Below are positions 36,788 to 46,571 of a stretch of 64,000 nucleotides of DNA, one piece after another. The translations under genes and the position numbers were made by a program. Source of the stretch: Candidatus Zixiibacteriota bacterium. Its GTDB lineage: Bacteria > Zixibacteria > MSB-5A5 > UBA10806. Location: NCBI GenBank assembly GCA_020344055.1, contig CP070813.1:89091-153090 (forward strand), read 5' to 3'. The notes beneath the pieces are model-generated. The model did not search any database. It was given only the letters and a program-made list of their open reading frames with translations, and was not told the origin of the DNA. How positions within the stretch are numbered: position 1 is the first letter of the stretch; each line of letters starts with the position of its first letter.

Positions 36788-39424
36788 ATGAATACTAAGA
36801 AATACAAATTCCGAGGTCCTCTTATTTCATATTCATTGGTTATTTTGGTCTTTTTATTTGCCGTTCAGTTGGCCGCGGCGGATATCCCTGAGTTTCCAGT
36901 TTCCTTCAATGGAAAATTTGTCCCGGCTTTTTCCGATAGAGACTACCGATCGATATCCGAAAACGCCCTTTTCTACTGCCGATATGATATCGGATCGGCG
37001 GGCGACGAAACCCGGTTGTTATTGAATTTCAATTTATACAAAGAGGGCAGTCTTCTTTATTCGCTTGATAAAGCCCCCGGATCAGATGTTTATATATCCA
37101 ATTCAGGGATCACGGCCTTTATGGATCACACTTTTCATTATAACGGCCTATTGACGGTTCATTTCTATTCGGAAGCCGGCGATTACCTGTTTTCTAAAGG
37201 ATTTACCGGAGCGTCGTTGTTCGGTTTTTCCCCATCGGGGGAGATGTTTGGCGTTGGGACTGCCGAATACCTTTTTATCATGACTCCCCGTATACAGAAA
37301 ATAGAAAAGTATACGGGCGGATTTAAATTTGACATTTCTGTGAATGGGGATATGGTCGTCATTGCGGGTCAAAATCGCCTTTTCGTATATAGAAACGGAG
37401 ATCTTATTAAAGAAATCGATACCGATGTTTCCTACCCCCGGAAAATAAAGATATCTCCTGGTAACAATACTATCTCGCTGATAGATAAAAAGCGGATTTT
37501 TGTATATTCGATCGATGGCACTCTCATTTTCGAAGACACGCTGGGGGAGCATCTTTCTTTCAGGGATTTGAAATATCATAACGAAAATATCGTAACGGGC
37601 GTTCATTTTCGAGACGATGAATATTCGAAAGGGATAGCCAGGATATATAACCCGACGGGCGAGAATATTTATGAAAGCCAAGGCGAATCGAAAGATATAA
37701 AATCGCCGCCGCCTCCCGAAAATATCGGCAATTTGCCATTAGATTATGATCCTATCCCCTGGCCGTTCGCGCCCTTCGACAGCATGTGCACGGTCTGGAA
37801 CCATTATGAACAGCATATGAGCGACGGGACTCCCTACTGGTCATATCTTCACCAGGGCCTTGACCTAATCACGCCCATTAATGAACCGACTTACGCCGTT
37901 GAGAGCGGGATCGTAAAATGCGTGCTCACCATCGGCGGAGGCAGCTACTGGCGGATAGCCATAAGCCCCCGCCAGGATCCCGGGTGGACGTCCGGATGGC
38001 TCTACGCGCACCTGGTGGAGAGTTCAATACAGTTTGACGTGGGAGATACGGTTAATATATACGACTACCTCGGAGATATAATATATTGGTCCGCGGATTG
38101 GGGGCACATTCATTTTGTGGAGATAACCGATTCCGGTCTTGTATGGCAATATATCGACAACGAGTGGGGGATTGATTTCAACCCGTTATTAGCCTTACCG
38201 TCCGACGAGGACATATTCCCGCCGATTTTCGACAACGTCTTTCCCGGGCAGAAATTCGCCTTCAGCCCCAACCAGACCGATAATCAGTATCTCGATCCCG
38301 ACAGCCTGACCGGGGATATCGATATAATAGTGAAAATAAGAGATTACATCGGGACGTCTCCCTGGCAGCAGCCCGCCTATGAACTTTATTATTGGGTCGA
38401 ATCTATTGCCACGGGGGATACCGTTTACCCTCGAACCCTGGCCCAGATCTTAAATCATTCTTACGATTTTTATTCTTCAAATGCTTACGAGATATATGCA
38501 ACCTTGCTTTATAAGCGGGACAGCCTGCTGGTGCCATCCTTCTGGATGGACACGGTAAGGAACTATTATCATATTCTGACCAATAACAACGGCGATTCCC
38601 TGGGAGAGTTATGGGAAAAACAGCTTTCTTTTCATACCGCCGATTATCTCGACGGACCCTACAGGATATTTGTCGAAGCCAACGACTCCTATGAAAACTC
38701 CACCCTGGACAGCATGGACGTGTTTTTTCAGAACGGTCCAAACATATCGTTCGATCCTTCGCCTATAATAGATACCCTCTTTCAGGGCCGAACCAAAAAC
38801 TGTTATCTCACCATCTGGAATAACGGTACTGGCGATCTGACGGTGGAATTGGAAGCCGTCGAATTCAACCTCGCCGATAAATCAGGGGATTCCGATATCC
38901 AGAGTGATACTAAAAAAGGAAAAGTCGCCGAGCCCCCGGTTATCCTGAACAACTGGCTATTTGTTTCTCCCGCGGCCGACACCGTTCCGCCGGGCGACAG
39001 CCTTACGGTCACCGTCACGCTGGACGCCACCACAGTCGGCGAGGGGAATTATATCGGCGAGATCGATATCACCTCCAACGATCCTGACACACCAACCGGA
39101 ACAGTAGCGGTTAACCTGACTGTAGTCGCCTCGGGGCCGGAATGCGACTACGTGGTGGGGGACGCCAACAACAGCGGAGCATACGACGGCCTTGACATAA
39201 CCTATTCGGTCAATTATTTCAAGGGCGGTCCCGCGCCCCCGTATTCATGCGAATGCACGCCCGGAAATATCTGGTATGTGGGCGGGGATGTAAACGCCAG
39301 CTGCGATTACAACGGGCTTGATGTTACCTACGGTGTCGCGTATTTCAAGGGCGGCCCGGGCCCGATGCCATGCCCCGACTGCCCGCCGGTGGAATTATCC
39401 CCGAGAACCATCCTGACGAAATAA
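36788..39424 (+). CDS. Secreted multidomain protein: propeller-like N-terminus, M23-like metallopeptidase, Ig-like domain, C-terminal dockerin-like domain
   Basis: Signal peptide; M23 motifs HQGLD, YAHL and HIH; WLFVSP...SNDP Ig-like unit; duplicated GDANNSGAYDGLDITY / GDVNASCDYNGLDVTY motif. Confidence 0.8.
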   Translation: MNTKKYKFRGPLISYSLVILVFLFAVQLAAADIPEFPVSFNGKFVPAFSDRDYRSISENALFYCRYDIGSAGDETRLLLNFNLYKEGSLLYSLDKAPGSDVYISNSGITAFMDHTFHYNGLLTVHFYSEAGDYLFSKGFTGASLFGFSPSGEMFGVGTAEYLFIMTPRIQKIEKYTGGFKFDISVNGDMVVIAGQNRLFVYRNGDLIKEIDTDVSYPRKIKISPGNNTISLIDKKRIFVYSIDGTLIFEDTLGEHLSFRDLKYHNENIVTGVHFRDDEYSKGIARIYNPTGENIYESQGESKDIKSPPPPENIGNLPLDYDPIPWPFAPFDSMCTVWNHYEQHMSDGTPYWSYLHQGLDLITPINEPTYAVESGIVKCVLTIGGGSYWRIAISPRQDPGWTSGWLYAHLVESSIQFDVGDTVNIYDYLGDIIYWSADWGHIHFVEITDSGLVWQYIDNEWGIDFNPLLALPSDEDIFPPIFDNVFPGQKFAFSPNQTDNQYLDPDSLTGDIDIIVKIRDYIGTSPWQQPAYELYYWVESIATGDTVYPRTLAQILNHSYDFYSSNAYEIYATLLYKRDSLLVPSFWMDTVRNYYHILTNNNGDSLGELWEKQLSFHTADYLDGPYRIFVEANDSYENSTLDSMDVFFQNGPNISFDPSPIIDTLFQGRTKNCYLTIWNNGTGDLTVELEAVEFNLADKSGDSDIQSDTKKGKVAEPPVILNNWLFVSPAADTVPPGDSLTVTVTLDATTVGEGNYIGEIDITSNDPDTPTGTVAVNLTVVASGPECDYVVGDANNSGAYDGLDITYSVNYFKGGPAPPYSCECTPGNIWYVGGDVNASCDYNGLDVTYGVAYFKGGPGPMPCPDCPPVELSPRTILTK

Positions 39425-39430
39425 CCCCGC

Positions 39431-40123
39431 ATGCCCCCAAATAAATCCGGCAACAAAATTTCCAGAAACGTCCATCGTAAAAATACCATAAGGCGGCTTT
39501 TGATGGATCGCGATCTTACGGCGTTGGAAAACATGGCCGAAAACCACAAGAATATTATGCGGACTTTATCGTCTTTAATGTATGATCACCAGCCACTTAT
39601 TCGCTGGCGGGCTGTTGAGGTCCTGGGAAGAATTTCAAAGATAATAGCCGGGACCGACCCGGAGAAAGTACGTCGGCAGATAAGGCGGATCCTGTGGCTG
39701 ATGAACGACGAATCCGGGGGATTGTGCTGGAACGGGCCGGAGGCCATAGGGGAGATCATTTACAATAATCCCGTGTTAATTTATGAATATGGCCCTATAA
39801 TAACATCATTTCTGAGCGAGGAGCCGTTTGAAGCGGGCACAAGAAGAGCGATATGGCGAGTTGGCTCAATCGGCCCCGAAATTTTTAATGAATCTAAGAT
39901 ATTGATAATAAAATCGCTGGAAAGCCCGATTCCGGAGATGCGCGCCTTTTCCATAGAAGCGCTGAATTCATTGGATGATACTTCCGCCTATAACAGGGTA
40001 AAGATGCTGAAAAATGATTCATCACCGATTGAGATTTATGATTTTGTAAAGGGAGAATTGAAAAAAGCGACGGTTGCGGAATGCTCCCGGATATATCTGG
40101 AACGTTTAAATAAATTGAGTTAG
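39431..40123 (+). CDS. HEAT-repeat protein, DVU0298-like
   Basis: IRWRAVEVLG and WLMNDESGGLCWNGPEAIGEI motifs; predicted all-helical. Family recalled from memory. Confidence 0.7.
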   Translation: MPPNKSGNKISRNVHRKNTIRRLLMDRDLTALENMAENHKNIMRTLSSLMYDHQPLIRWRAVEVLGRISKIIAGTDPEKVRRQIRRILWLMNDESGGLCWNGPEAIGEIIYNNPVLIYEYGPIITSFLSEEPFEAGTRRAIWRVGSIGPEIFNESKILIIKSLESPIPEMRAFSIEALNSLDDTSAYNRVKMLKNDSSPIEIYDFVKGELKKATVAECSRIYLERLNKLS

Positions 40124-40225
40124 CATTTTGATTTTTTACGATCCGATGATATCTTTACCGGGAACGATTTTGTTGATACTAAAGTATTAATTGAGTATCG
40201 AAATTAATTGTTGGAAAGGGATGTA

Positions 40226-41404
40226 ATGAGGAAAGCGTTTTCGATCTTCTGTCTGGTTCTGGCGTTATCCGTTATAGAGTCTTTCGCTCAGGGCCCGGAG
40301 TCATTTGATGATGCCAAAAACCTGGCCGTTTCTCAGGGGAAACCCGTGCTTATGGAATTCCTGCGCCCCGGCTGAGAATACTGCGAACAGGCCGCTCGTG
40401 AAGCGAAGTCAGATCAGGCTATAATTAAAGCGCTGGAGAACGTGGTACACATTTCCTTTAATGTCCAGGAGGGGGAGGGCATCGAGCTTTCGAAAACGTA
40501 TAAAGTAGGACATACCTTTCCGGTTTTTATTCTGACCGACGGTAACGGCGATATCATATATCGCTGGACGGGGTATACCGGAGCGCCGAGATTTATATCC
40601 TCACTGAATAAGGGCATGTCGGATCTTACGACGGTAAAAGAAAGGATCGCCATGTATGACTCCGATCCTACCCATGACAGGGCGCTATTGCTGGCTCGAT
40701 ATTTTGTCGATACCGGCGAGTATCTTGACGCTATAGCATACTTCAGGGAAGCGGAAAAGTTAAAGCCGTCGAGTAATATAGATTATTCTTATGATATTTT
40801 CGCCAACAGCGCCAACGCCGCCTGGAAGGATATGCTGTCGTTCGAGGAGGTCCTATCGGTGGCCGATTCGATTTTATACGCTTCGAATAAAGATAATAAG
40901 AGTATTGTCAGGGTAGCGCGGGCCATGAGTCGTCTAACAAGAAAACTCGAAAAAGAAGAGTATGTGAAAAAGTATCTGCAGGCCGGCCTGGACGCAGCTG
41001 CCGGGTCCCGCGATGAAAAGAACAGAGATACACATACCTCGCTTTCGATTGAATACGCCCTTCAGGTCGAGAATGATACCATAAAAGCTATAACAATGAA
41101 AAAGAAAAGCATGGGGACCGACTGGACAAAGAATCCGGAGAAGTTTTACAATTATTCAAAATGGTGCCTGGAGAGAAAAGTCGCTTTGAGCGAAGCGGAA
41201 ATGCTGGCAAAAAAGGCGGCGCACTTAGCCAAGGGAGCGGAGTTCAAGGCTCAGGTATATAATACCATCGCGGAAATCTGTTTTGCCAGGGGAAACCTGG
41301 AAGAGGCTATAAAAATAATGGATCTGGCCATCGAACAGGATCCCGGCAACATGCAGTATCAGGATAGGCAAGAGCAATATCTGGAACAGTGGGAAAAAAG
41401 GTAA
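40226..41404 (+). CDS. Exported thioredoxin-fold + TPR protein, probable selenoprotein (UxxC; TGA at 40373-40375)
   Basis: ATG at 40226 with an upstream GAAAGGG RBS, signal peptide, then GKPVLMEFLRPG-TGA-EYC continuing in frame into track ORF 40442..41404. cis-Pro loop TFPVF; C-terminal TPR repeats. Confidence 0.85.
40376..40412 (+). promoter_or_regulatory. Putative bacterial SECIS hairpin
   Basis: GGC-CGCT (40390-40396), loop CGTGA (40397-40401), AGCG-(AA bulge)-GTC (40402-40410). The loop begins 22 nt after the TGA. Confidence 0.5.
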
Positions 41405-41442
41405 CGTCTTCCTACTGATAATTGCGCCGTCTAAAAATCCGA

Positions 41443-41994
41443 TCAAAGTTTTTTGTATTCGGATTTTAAGAGCCCGTAATAATATTCATCGATCCAGCGC
41501 CCGTATTTATAAATTTCATCCCGCAATATACCTTCGTGACGAAAATTGTTTTTTTCAAGGAGTTTCATCGACGCCAGGTTCCCCTCGAATACCCTGGCGT
41601 ATATCTTATTCAATTTCAACTCCCGGAATCCGAACCGCGATATTAAATTAACGGCTTCCGTCATAAAACCTCTCCCCCAGAACCGTTTTCCGATCCAGTA
41701 GCCCACTTCCGCCTTTTTGTCTTCCCAATCGATGTCGGATAAATCGATTATACCTATTATCTCTTTATTCATTTTGAGCGAAATTCCGAATGTATAACTT
41801 TTCCTGGACCGACGCTCGTTCTGCCGGAAGCGAATAAAACTCACCGCATCCTTTTTTTTATAAGGAAAAGGGACGACAAGCAGCCATTTTATGATAGCCC
41901 TATCTTTAATATGCTCGGCGATACTATCCGCATCTGAAAGCGCCAATTTTCGCAGGACTATATTCCGGCCCGTCAAACTGGAGCTTAATTTCAT
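41443..41994 (-). CDS. GNAT N-acetyltransferase, RimJ/RimL family
   Basis: AEVGYWIGKRFWGRGFMTEA and NLASMKLLEKNNFRHEGILR. Confidence 0.9.
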   Translation of the reverse strand: MKLSSSLTGRNIVLRKLALSDADSIAEHIKDRAIIKWLLVVPFPYKKKDAVSFIRFRQNERRSRKSYTFGISLKMNKEIIGIIDLSDIDWEDKKAEVGYWIGKRFWGRGFMTEAVNLISRFGFRELKLNKIYARVFEGNLASMKLLEKNNFRHEGILRDEIYKYGRWIDEYYYGLLKSEYKKL

Positions 41995-43560
41995 TTACCA
42001 CCAGACCTGTTTGCCGTTTTCCAGCGTGAATATCCGTTCCTCTTCGCCCGATCCTACCGCCACCATCCAGTACAGGCACCCGGCGGGGACATCGTCGAGT
42101 TCCAGAGCGCCATCCGAGGCCGAGTGTTTTCCCAGCGATTGCCAGCCATCTTCCCAGTAAAACAGCTCGTATTGTACGTCATCTTTAATCTCTGTTTTGC
42201 GGACTCCATTTGTGGATATCTCGAGCGTGCGAAGCGTGGTATAGGCGAGATCGGCATCGATGCTCTTTTGGCTTTCTTTAAACTCTGTGATGGTGCAATT
42301 TTTATCCAGCAAAATCGGGGGACCGAACGGTTCTATTTCCTCGTTCTGGTAAAGAGCGGGCAGATACATTACGTCGACGCCCATATCTGTAAAAACGGTC
42401 GAACCGTTCTCAATCCTCCCCCAGTGAATCGGTTTCCATTCGCCGGAATTGAATACGCATAAATAGGCGATATCTACCGAGTCGGGTATCTCTTTTTCGA
42501 AATTAATTGTTACGTCGCAGACATCGACATAGTCGGAGGTAACGTCAATATAGCTTTTACCGCCGAGCCAGCGTGGTACTTTTTCCTGTTTGCGATCCTG
42601 AAATATCAGGTTATCTTTCTGTTTCCCGAACATCTTGCGGTAGACCTTGGCGGCTTTATTATGAAGTTTGTAATCTCCGGGATCGGCCTCGGCGCCCATA
42701 AAAGGCACCACCTTGCCCTCGATGTCGGCGATGGCGTTCCAGGCGTGATTGTTGCCGGTGTTTGCCCAGTACGGGGTGTAATCGCTGGTAACCGCCAGCC
42801 CGTTGGCCCGCATGGCGTATATAGCCAGGTTGGTCATATCCTCGCACCGGCCCAGACCGCTTTCCAGCATCTCCGAAAGCCCCTGGTCGGTAGGGTGGAG
42901 GTAGTAGCGTTCGTTGAAGCCGAAATACGATCTTACATCGCTGTTTATAATCCTGGCGGCCTCGATAAGATCATACGGGTCCGCCATTATAGTATCAATA
43001 CCACTGTATTTCTCGAAAAAGTATTCCCGCCACGGTTCCAGCGGCTCGTTGCTGCCGCGATAGGGAAGAATGTACTTCTTGAAATTCTCGAACGTGACGG
43101 TCTTGGCCCAGGGCAGTCCCCGCCATGCCTTAAAGGCGTATTCGATCTGGTTGATGAGAAAATCGGCCTTTATATGTTCCAGGTCTTCAAACACCTCTTT
43201 CTTTTCGTACTCTATCTCGCCCCTTTCGGATTCCACCGTGTCCAGAAAGGCAAGCATGGATTTGAAATCGGGGTAGGCATCGACGTCGATTTCGACCTCG
43301 TTGCCGGAGGTATCGTAGTATGCGATTACAGCGTAATTGTGTCCCTCCATATTGCCTATCAGATAATAGGCGGCTTCCAGCATAAGCGAATCGCCTGCGG
43401 CGTTAAAGTGGTTAATAACTTTTTCCAGCTCTCCCCGGTTGTCTCCCGCTTTTTTCAGAGCGTCGGCAACATCCACAGGATATTTCGAAAGGCCGGAGCA
43501 GGAGGCTATAAGCGCGACCGGCAATATTATAAAAAGGCAATTTCGTATGATTCGTTGCAT
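41995..43560 (-). CDS. Transglutaminase-like domain lipoprotein
   Basis: Lipobox LIASC; YILPYRGSNEPLE, GRCEDM (Cys) and GNNHAWN (His). ATG at 43560 follows a GGAGG RBS. Confidence 0.8.
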   Translation of the reverse strand: MQRIIRNCLFIILPVALIASCSGLSKYPVDVADALKKAGDNRGELEKVINHFNAAGDSLMLEAAYYLIGNMEGHNYAVIAYYDTSGNEVEIDVDAYPDFKSMLAFLDTVESERGEIEYEKKEVFEDLEHIKADFLINQIEYAFKAWRGLPWAKTVTFENFKKYILPYRGSNEPLEPWREYFFEKYSGIDTIMADPYDLIEAARIINSDVRSYFGFNERYYLHPTDQGLSEMLESGLGRCEDMTNLAIYAMRANGLAVTSDYTPYWANTGNNHAWNAIADIEGKVVPFMGAEADPGDYKLHNKAAKVYRKMFGKQKDNLIFQDRKQEKVPRWLGGKSYIDVTSDYVDVCDVTINFEKEIPDSVDIAYLCVFNSGEWKPIHWGRIENGSTVFTDMGVDVMYLPALYQNEEIEPFGPPILLDKNCTITEFKESQKSIDADLAYTTLRTLEISTNGVRKTEIKDDVQYELFYWEDGWQSLGKHSASDGALELDDVPAGCLYWMVAVGSGEEERIFTLENGKQVWW

Positions 43561-43631
43561 TTTATCCTCCATTACGAATTAAAGTCCGTAGGGATTTAGT
43601 TAATTAAGCCCTGCATATTATTCACTAAATG

Positions 43632-44612
43632 TTATATTTCAACCTGCGCGCCTATGCCTGCTTCAAGCGCTTTGTCATACACCAGTTTAGCGGCGGCGAC
43701 GTCCTGTATGGCCAGGCCATTGGATTTGAAAAGGGTGATATCACTGTCGTTCTGACGCGCCGGCTTTTTGCCTGTTACAACCTCTCCGAGCTCGGCGTAC
43801 ATGTGCGATTTATCTATGGTGCCTTCTACTATGGGAATCATGATATCGCCGGCCTCTTTCAGGCAGGCCTGGTAAGAATCGGCTACAAGCTTGGAGCGCT
43901 TTATTATTGTCGTGTCAAGCTCGCGGGCGTTAGGGGTATGCGAGCCTATGCCGTTGATATGCGTGCCTTCCCGGACTTTGCTTCCGTCGAAGATGGGGGT
44001 TGCCGATGATGTCGCGGTGCAGATTATATCGCAGTTTTCAAGGATTTTATCAGGTGAATCGACTTTTGTGATACCGAGATCGAGTTTTGTGGTCATTTCA
44101 GATATAAATTTCCCCACCGCTTCGCTGGAGATGTCGTAAACATAGGCCCTGGATAATTCGCGGGCTTCGGCGACCGCCCAGAGCTGCATTTTCGCCTGCA
44201 CGCCGGCGCCGAATATTCCGACGGTCTGTCCCGAACCCTTGCGGGCCAGGTACTTGGTGGCGACGCCGCTGGCCGCGCCGGTGCGCACCGCGGTTAGATA
44301 ACCGCCATCCATGATACAGATTACATCACCGGTCTCAGGGTCCTGCAGAAGGACCTTGCCTATTACCGTGGGCAGATTGTGTTTGGCCGGATTGTTCTTA
44401 TATACGGTTACCACTTTGCAGGCCAGAGCTCCCAGATCTTTCAGATATGCGGGCATATAAAGGGAAAGGCCGTCCGGCGGCGTAATAGGAGTCCGTAAGG
44501 GTAATACCGCTGTTCCATTGGCCAGTTCCGCGAACGCCTTCTCGACTACATCCATGCAGTCTTTCATCCGAAGCACTTTTATAACATCGTCTCTATTCAG
44601 TATTAACGGCAT
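43632..44612 (-). CDS. Ornithine cyclodeaminase/mu-crystallin family protein (possible archaeal-type alanine dehydrogenase)
   Basis: LTAVRTGAASGVAT, Rossmann GIFGAGVQA and FKSNGLAIQD. Confidence 0.88.
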   Translation of the reverse strand: MPLILNRDDVIKVLRMKDCMDVVEKAFAELANGTAVLPLRTPITPPDGLSLYMPAYLKDLGALACKVVTVYKNNPAKHNLPTVIGKVLLQDPETGDVICIMDGGYLTAVRTGAASGVATKYLARKGSGQTVGIFGAGVQAKMQLWAVAEARELSRAYVYDISSEAVGKFISEMTTKLDLGITKVDSPDKILENCDIICTATSSATPIFDGSKVREGTHINGIGSHTPNARELDTTIIKRSKLVADSYQACLKEAGDIMIPIVEGTIDKSHMYAELGEVVTGKKPARQNDSDITLFKSNGLAIQDVAAAKLVYDKALEAGIGAQVEI

Positions 44613-44720
44613 GATAATCCTCCTGAAATCCGTTCATAAAACTATCATCCCCACAGTATAGCCATGAGAGATATTTTCTGCAAATGAATTTAAATTATGG
44701 CCTGCGGTCCGGTTCAGGAG

Positions 44721-46571
44721 TTATCGGGAGCTAATACTGTAGGTTATGCCCAGCCTGAGCCATCTGCCGGGCATAGGAATAGAAGAAATATCTTCATAGT
44801 CAGTATCGAATAAATTGGTAATATCGAAATGAATCTTTATACTTTTCCATAACCAGCGAAACCGCGTATCAAATATTGAGTATGATTTTCCGTTAACCCG
44901 GTCTTCATAACGGATCATCCAGCTGTTTGATATTTTCTCCGAAAAACCGATATTGATATTCGACTGCAATTGATGTCTCAAGTAATTCAACACATATTTT
45001 GATTCGAAATCGGCGGTTTTTCTATCTGAATCGAGGTATGAGTAGCTAATCCGCAATCCTGAAAATCGGAGGTTGTGAAAGGCAACGTCCGGATATAATT
45101 CAAAACTGTATTCAAAACCGCCGGTAAGGATTGACGAAATGTTCCGGGCTTTCCATGGACTTGAGTCGTTCTCTCTAACCCAATCTATCAGGTTATTGCC
45201 GTCCTGCAGGAACAGGCTTATTTTGGTAAAATACGGTTTTCGAGTATACGTTAGACCCGTCTCGTAAGAAATGGATTCTTCAGGTTTCAAATTCTCATCT
45301 CCCGCGTTTGCGGGACTCTGGTAGTAAAGCTCCGTGAATGTGGGAACTCTGAAAGAACGCCCTATAGACGAGTAGAGCTTTAGATTATCGGTAACCAGAC
45401 AGCCGGCATCGATACCGGGGCTGATTGTCCAGCCCCATTCGGAGTAGTAGCAGGCGTTAGTGCCCAGGGCCAGAATGAAGGGTTCGATGCCGTCAATGTT
45501 TTGCTCGAGGAATAATCCCGAACGTGATCTCAGGTGATCGTTGAGGCTGTTGCCTGAAATCTCTTCCCGCACGAACTCGCCTCCGATAGCGGTAATCCCG
45601 TATTTCGAGTTATATACTGATTTTATCTCGAAGCCATATATACCGGTATTATGCTTATTGCGATACCAGTCGGGCCTGTCGCGATCAAGCACGAAATCAT
45701 CTTCGTGACGTCGCCAGAATAATCCCGGCGAAAAAGATGACGCCCTGAAATTATTTTGATACGACATATTTAGAAAATATAAACGCGTATGTTCCCATTC
45801 ATTCGGAAATATGTCGGAATAAAAGCTGTTGGCGCCGAATTTCTTATCGGTATGGCCAAAGGCAATATCAATTTTATTTAATGAATCCCCGTAAGAAGTA
45901 CTAAAATAAGCGTTGTATATATCAAATTCGGTATTTTTGCGATAGCCGTCTGATTTTCTTTTTGAAAATGAAATATGGTTGTCCAGGCTGGATAGGGGAT
46001 AAACCAGAGAAACGTTGCCCTCGCCATACCTGAAATCGCCCGCCGTTATATTGGCTTCGGCGGATTTACCGGTTTGCTTTTTCGTGATAATATTGATAGC
46101 GCCGCCGAAAGCCCCGGGGCCGAACAGGCGAGAACCGTGACCTTTTAAAACCTCTATTCGGTCGATATCGCTTAAAATTAGCGGCAGGTTCATATTATGA
46201 TGCCCGGTCTGGGGATCGTTTACTTTTATTCCATCTACAAGAATAAGCGTTTGCTCGTATGAACAGCCTCTTATGCTGACATCCGCCTGTATGCCCTCGG
46301 CCCCGCGTTGTACAACGTCGACTGCCGACACGTATTCCAGCAGGTCATTGATATTATTAACGGGAAACCTTGTTATGTCATCGGAGGATATTACTGTAAC
46401 ATTTCTTGTCAGTTCGGCAAATGCAGTGGGAGTTCGGTTTGCCGTAACCACTATATCGTCGGCTCTGAAAACGGGATAATCCTGGGCGGGTGACGATGTT
46501 GACAAAATTGAAATAAGCGGGGCAGCGATTATGCTTAAGAGTCGACGAGACTGGGTAATTCCTGTTTTCAC
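44721..46571 (-). CDS. TonB-dependent receptor (BtuB-like plug and barrel)
   Basis: VVTANRTP TonB box; plug IRG...LILVDG, IDRIEVLKG, FGPGAFGGAINIIT; barrel FRVPTFTELY, LKPEES, NLFD. GTG at 46571 with an AGGAAGG RBS is preferred to the track TTG at 46646. Confidence 0.88.
   Translation of the reverse strand: MKTGITQSRRLLSIIAAPLISILSTSSPAQDYPVFRADDIVVTANRTPTAFAELTRNVTVISSDDITRFPVNNINDLLEYVSAVDVVQRGAEGIQADVSIRGCSYEQTLILVDGIKVNDPQTGHHNMNLPLILSDIDRIEVLKGHGSRLFGPGAFGGAINIITKKQTGKSAEANITAGDFRYGEGNVSLVYPLSSLDNHISFSKRKSDGYRKNTEFDIYNAYFSTSYGDSLNKIDIAFGHTDKKFGANSFYSDIFPNEWEHTRLYFLNMSYQNNFRASSFSPGLFWRRHEDDFVLDRDRPDWYRNKHNTGIYGFEIKSVYNSKYGITAIGGEFVREEISGNSLNDHLRSRSGLFLEQNIDGIEPFILALGTNACYYSEWGWTISPGIDAGCLVTDNLKLYSSIGRSFRVPTFTELYYQSPANAGDENLKPEESISYETGLTYTRKPYFTKISLFLQDGNNLIDWVRENDSSPWKARNISSILTGGFEYSFELYPDVAFHNLRFSGLRISYSYLDSDRKTADFESKYVLNYLRHQLQSNINIGFSEKISNSWMIRYEDRVNGKSYSIFDTRFRWLWKSIKIHFDITNLFDTDYEDISSIPMPGRWLRLGITYSISSR

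Noticed and set aside
40373-40375. TGA read as Trp or Gly (alternative genetic code)
   Set aside because: TGA terminates several intact genes here, including ATGA-coupled hflK/hflC and oadG/oadA. TGG is used freely, and the position aligns with Cys, not Trp.
40442-41404. Track ORF starting at GTG 40442 as the complete gene
   Set aside because: It lacks an RBS, signal peptide and active site, and the upstream frame continues as a coherent thioredoxin N-terminus.
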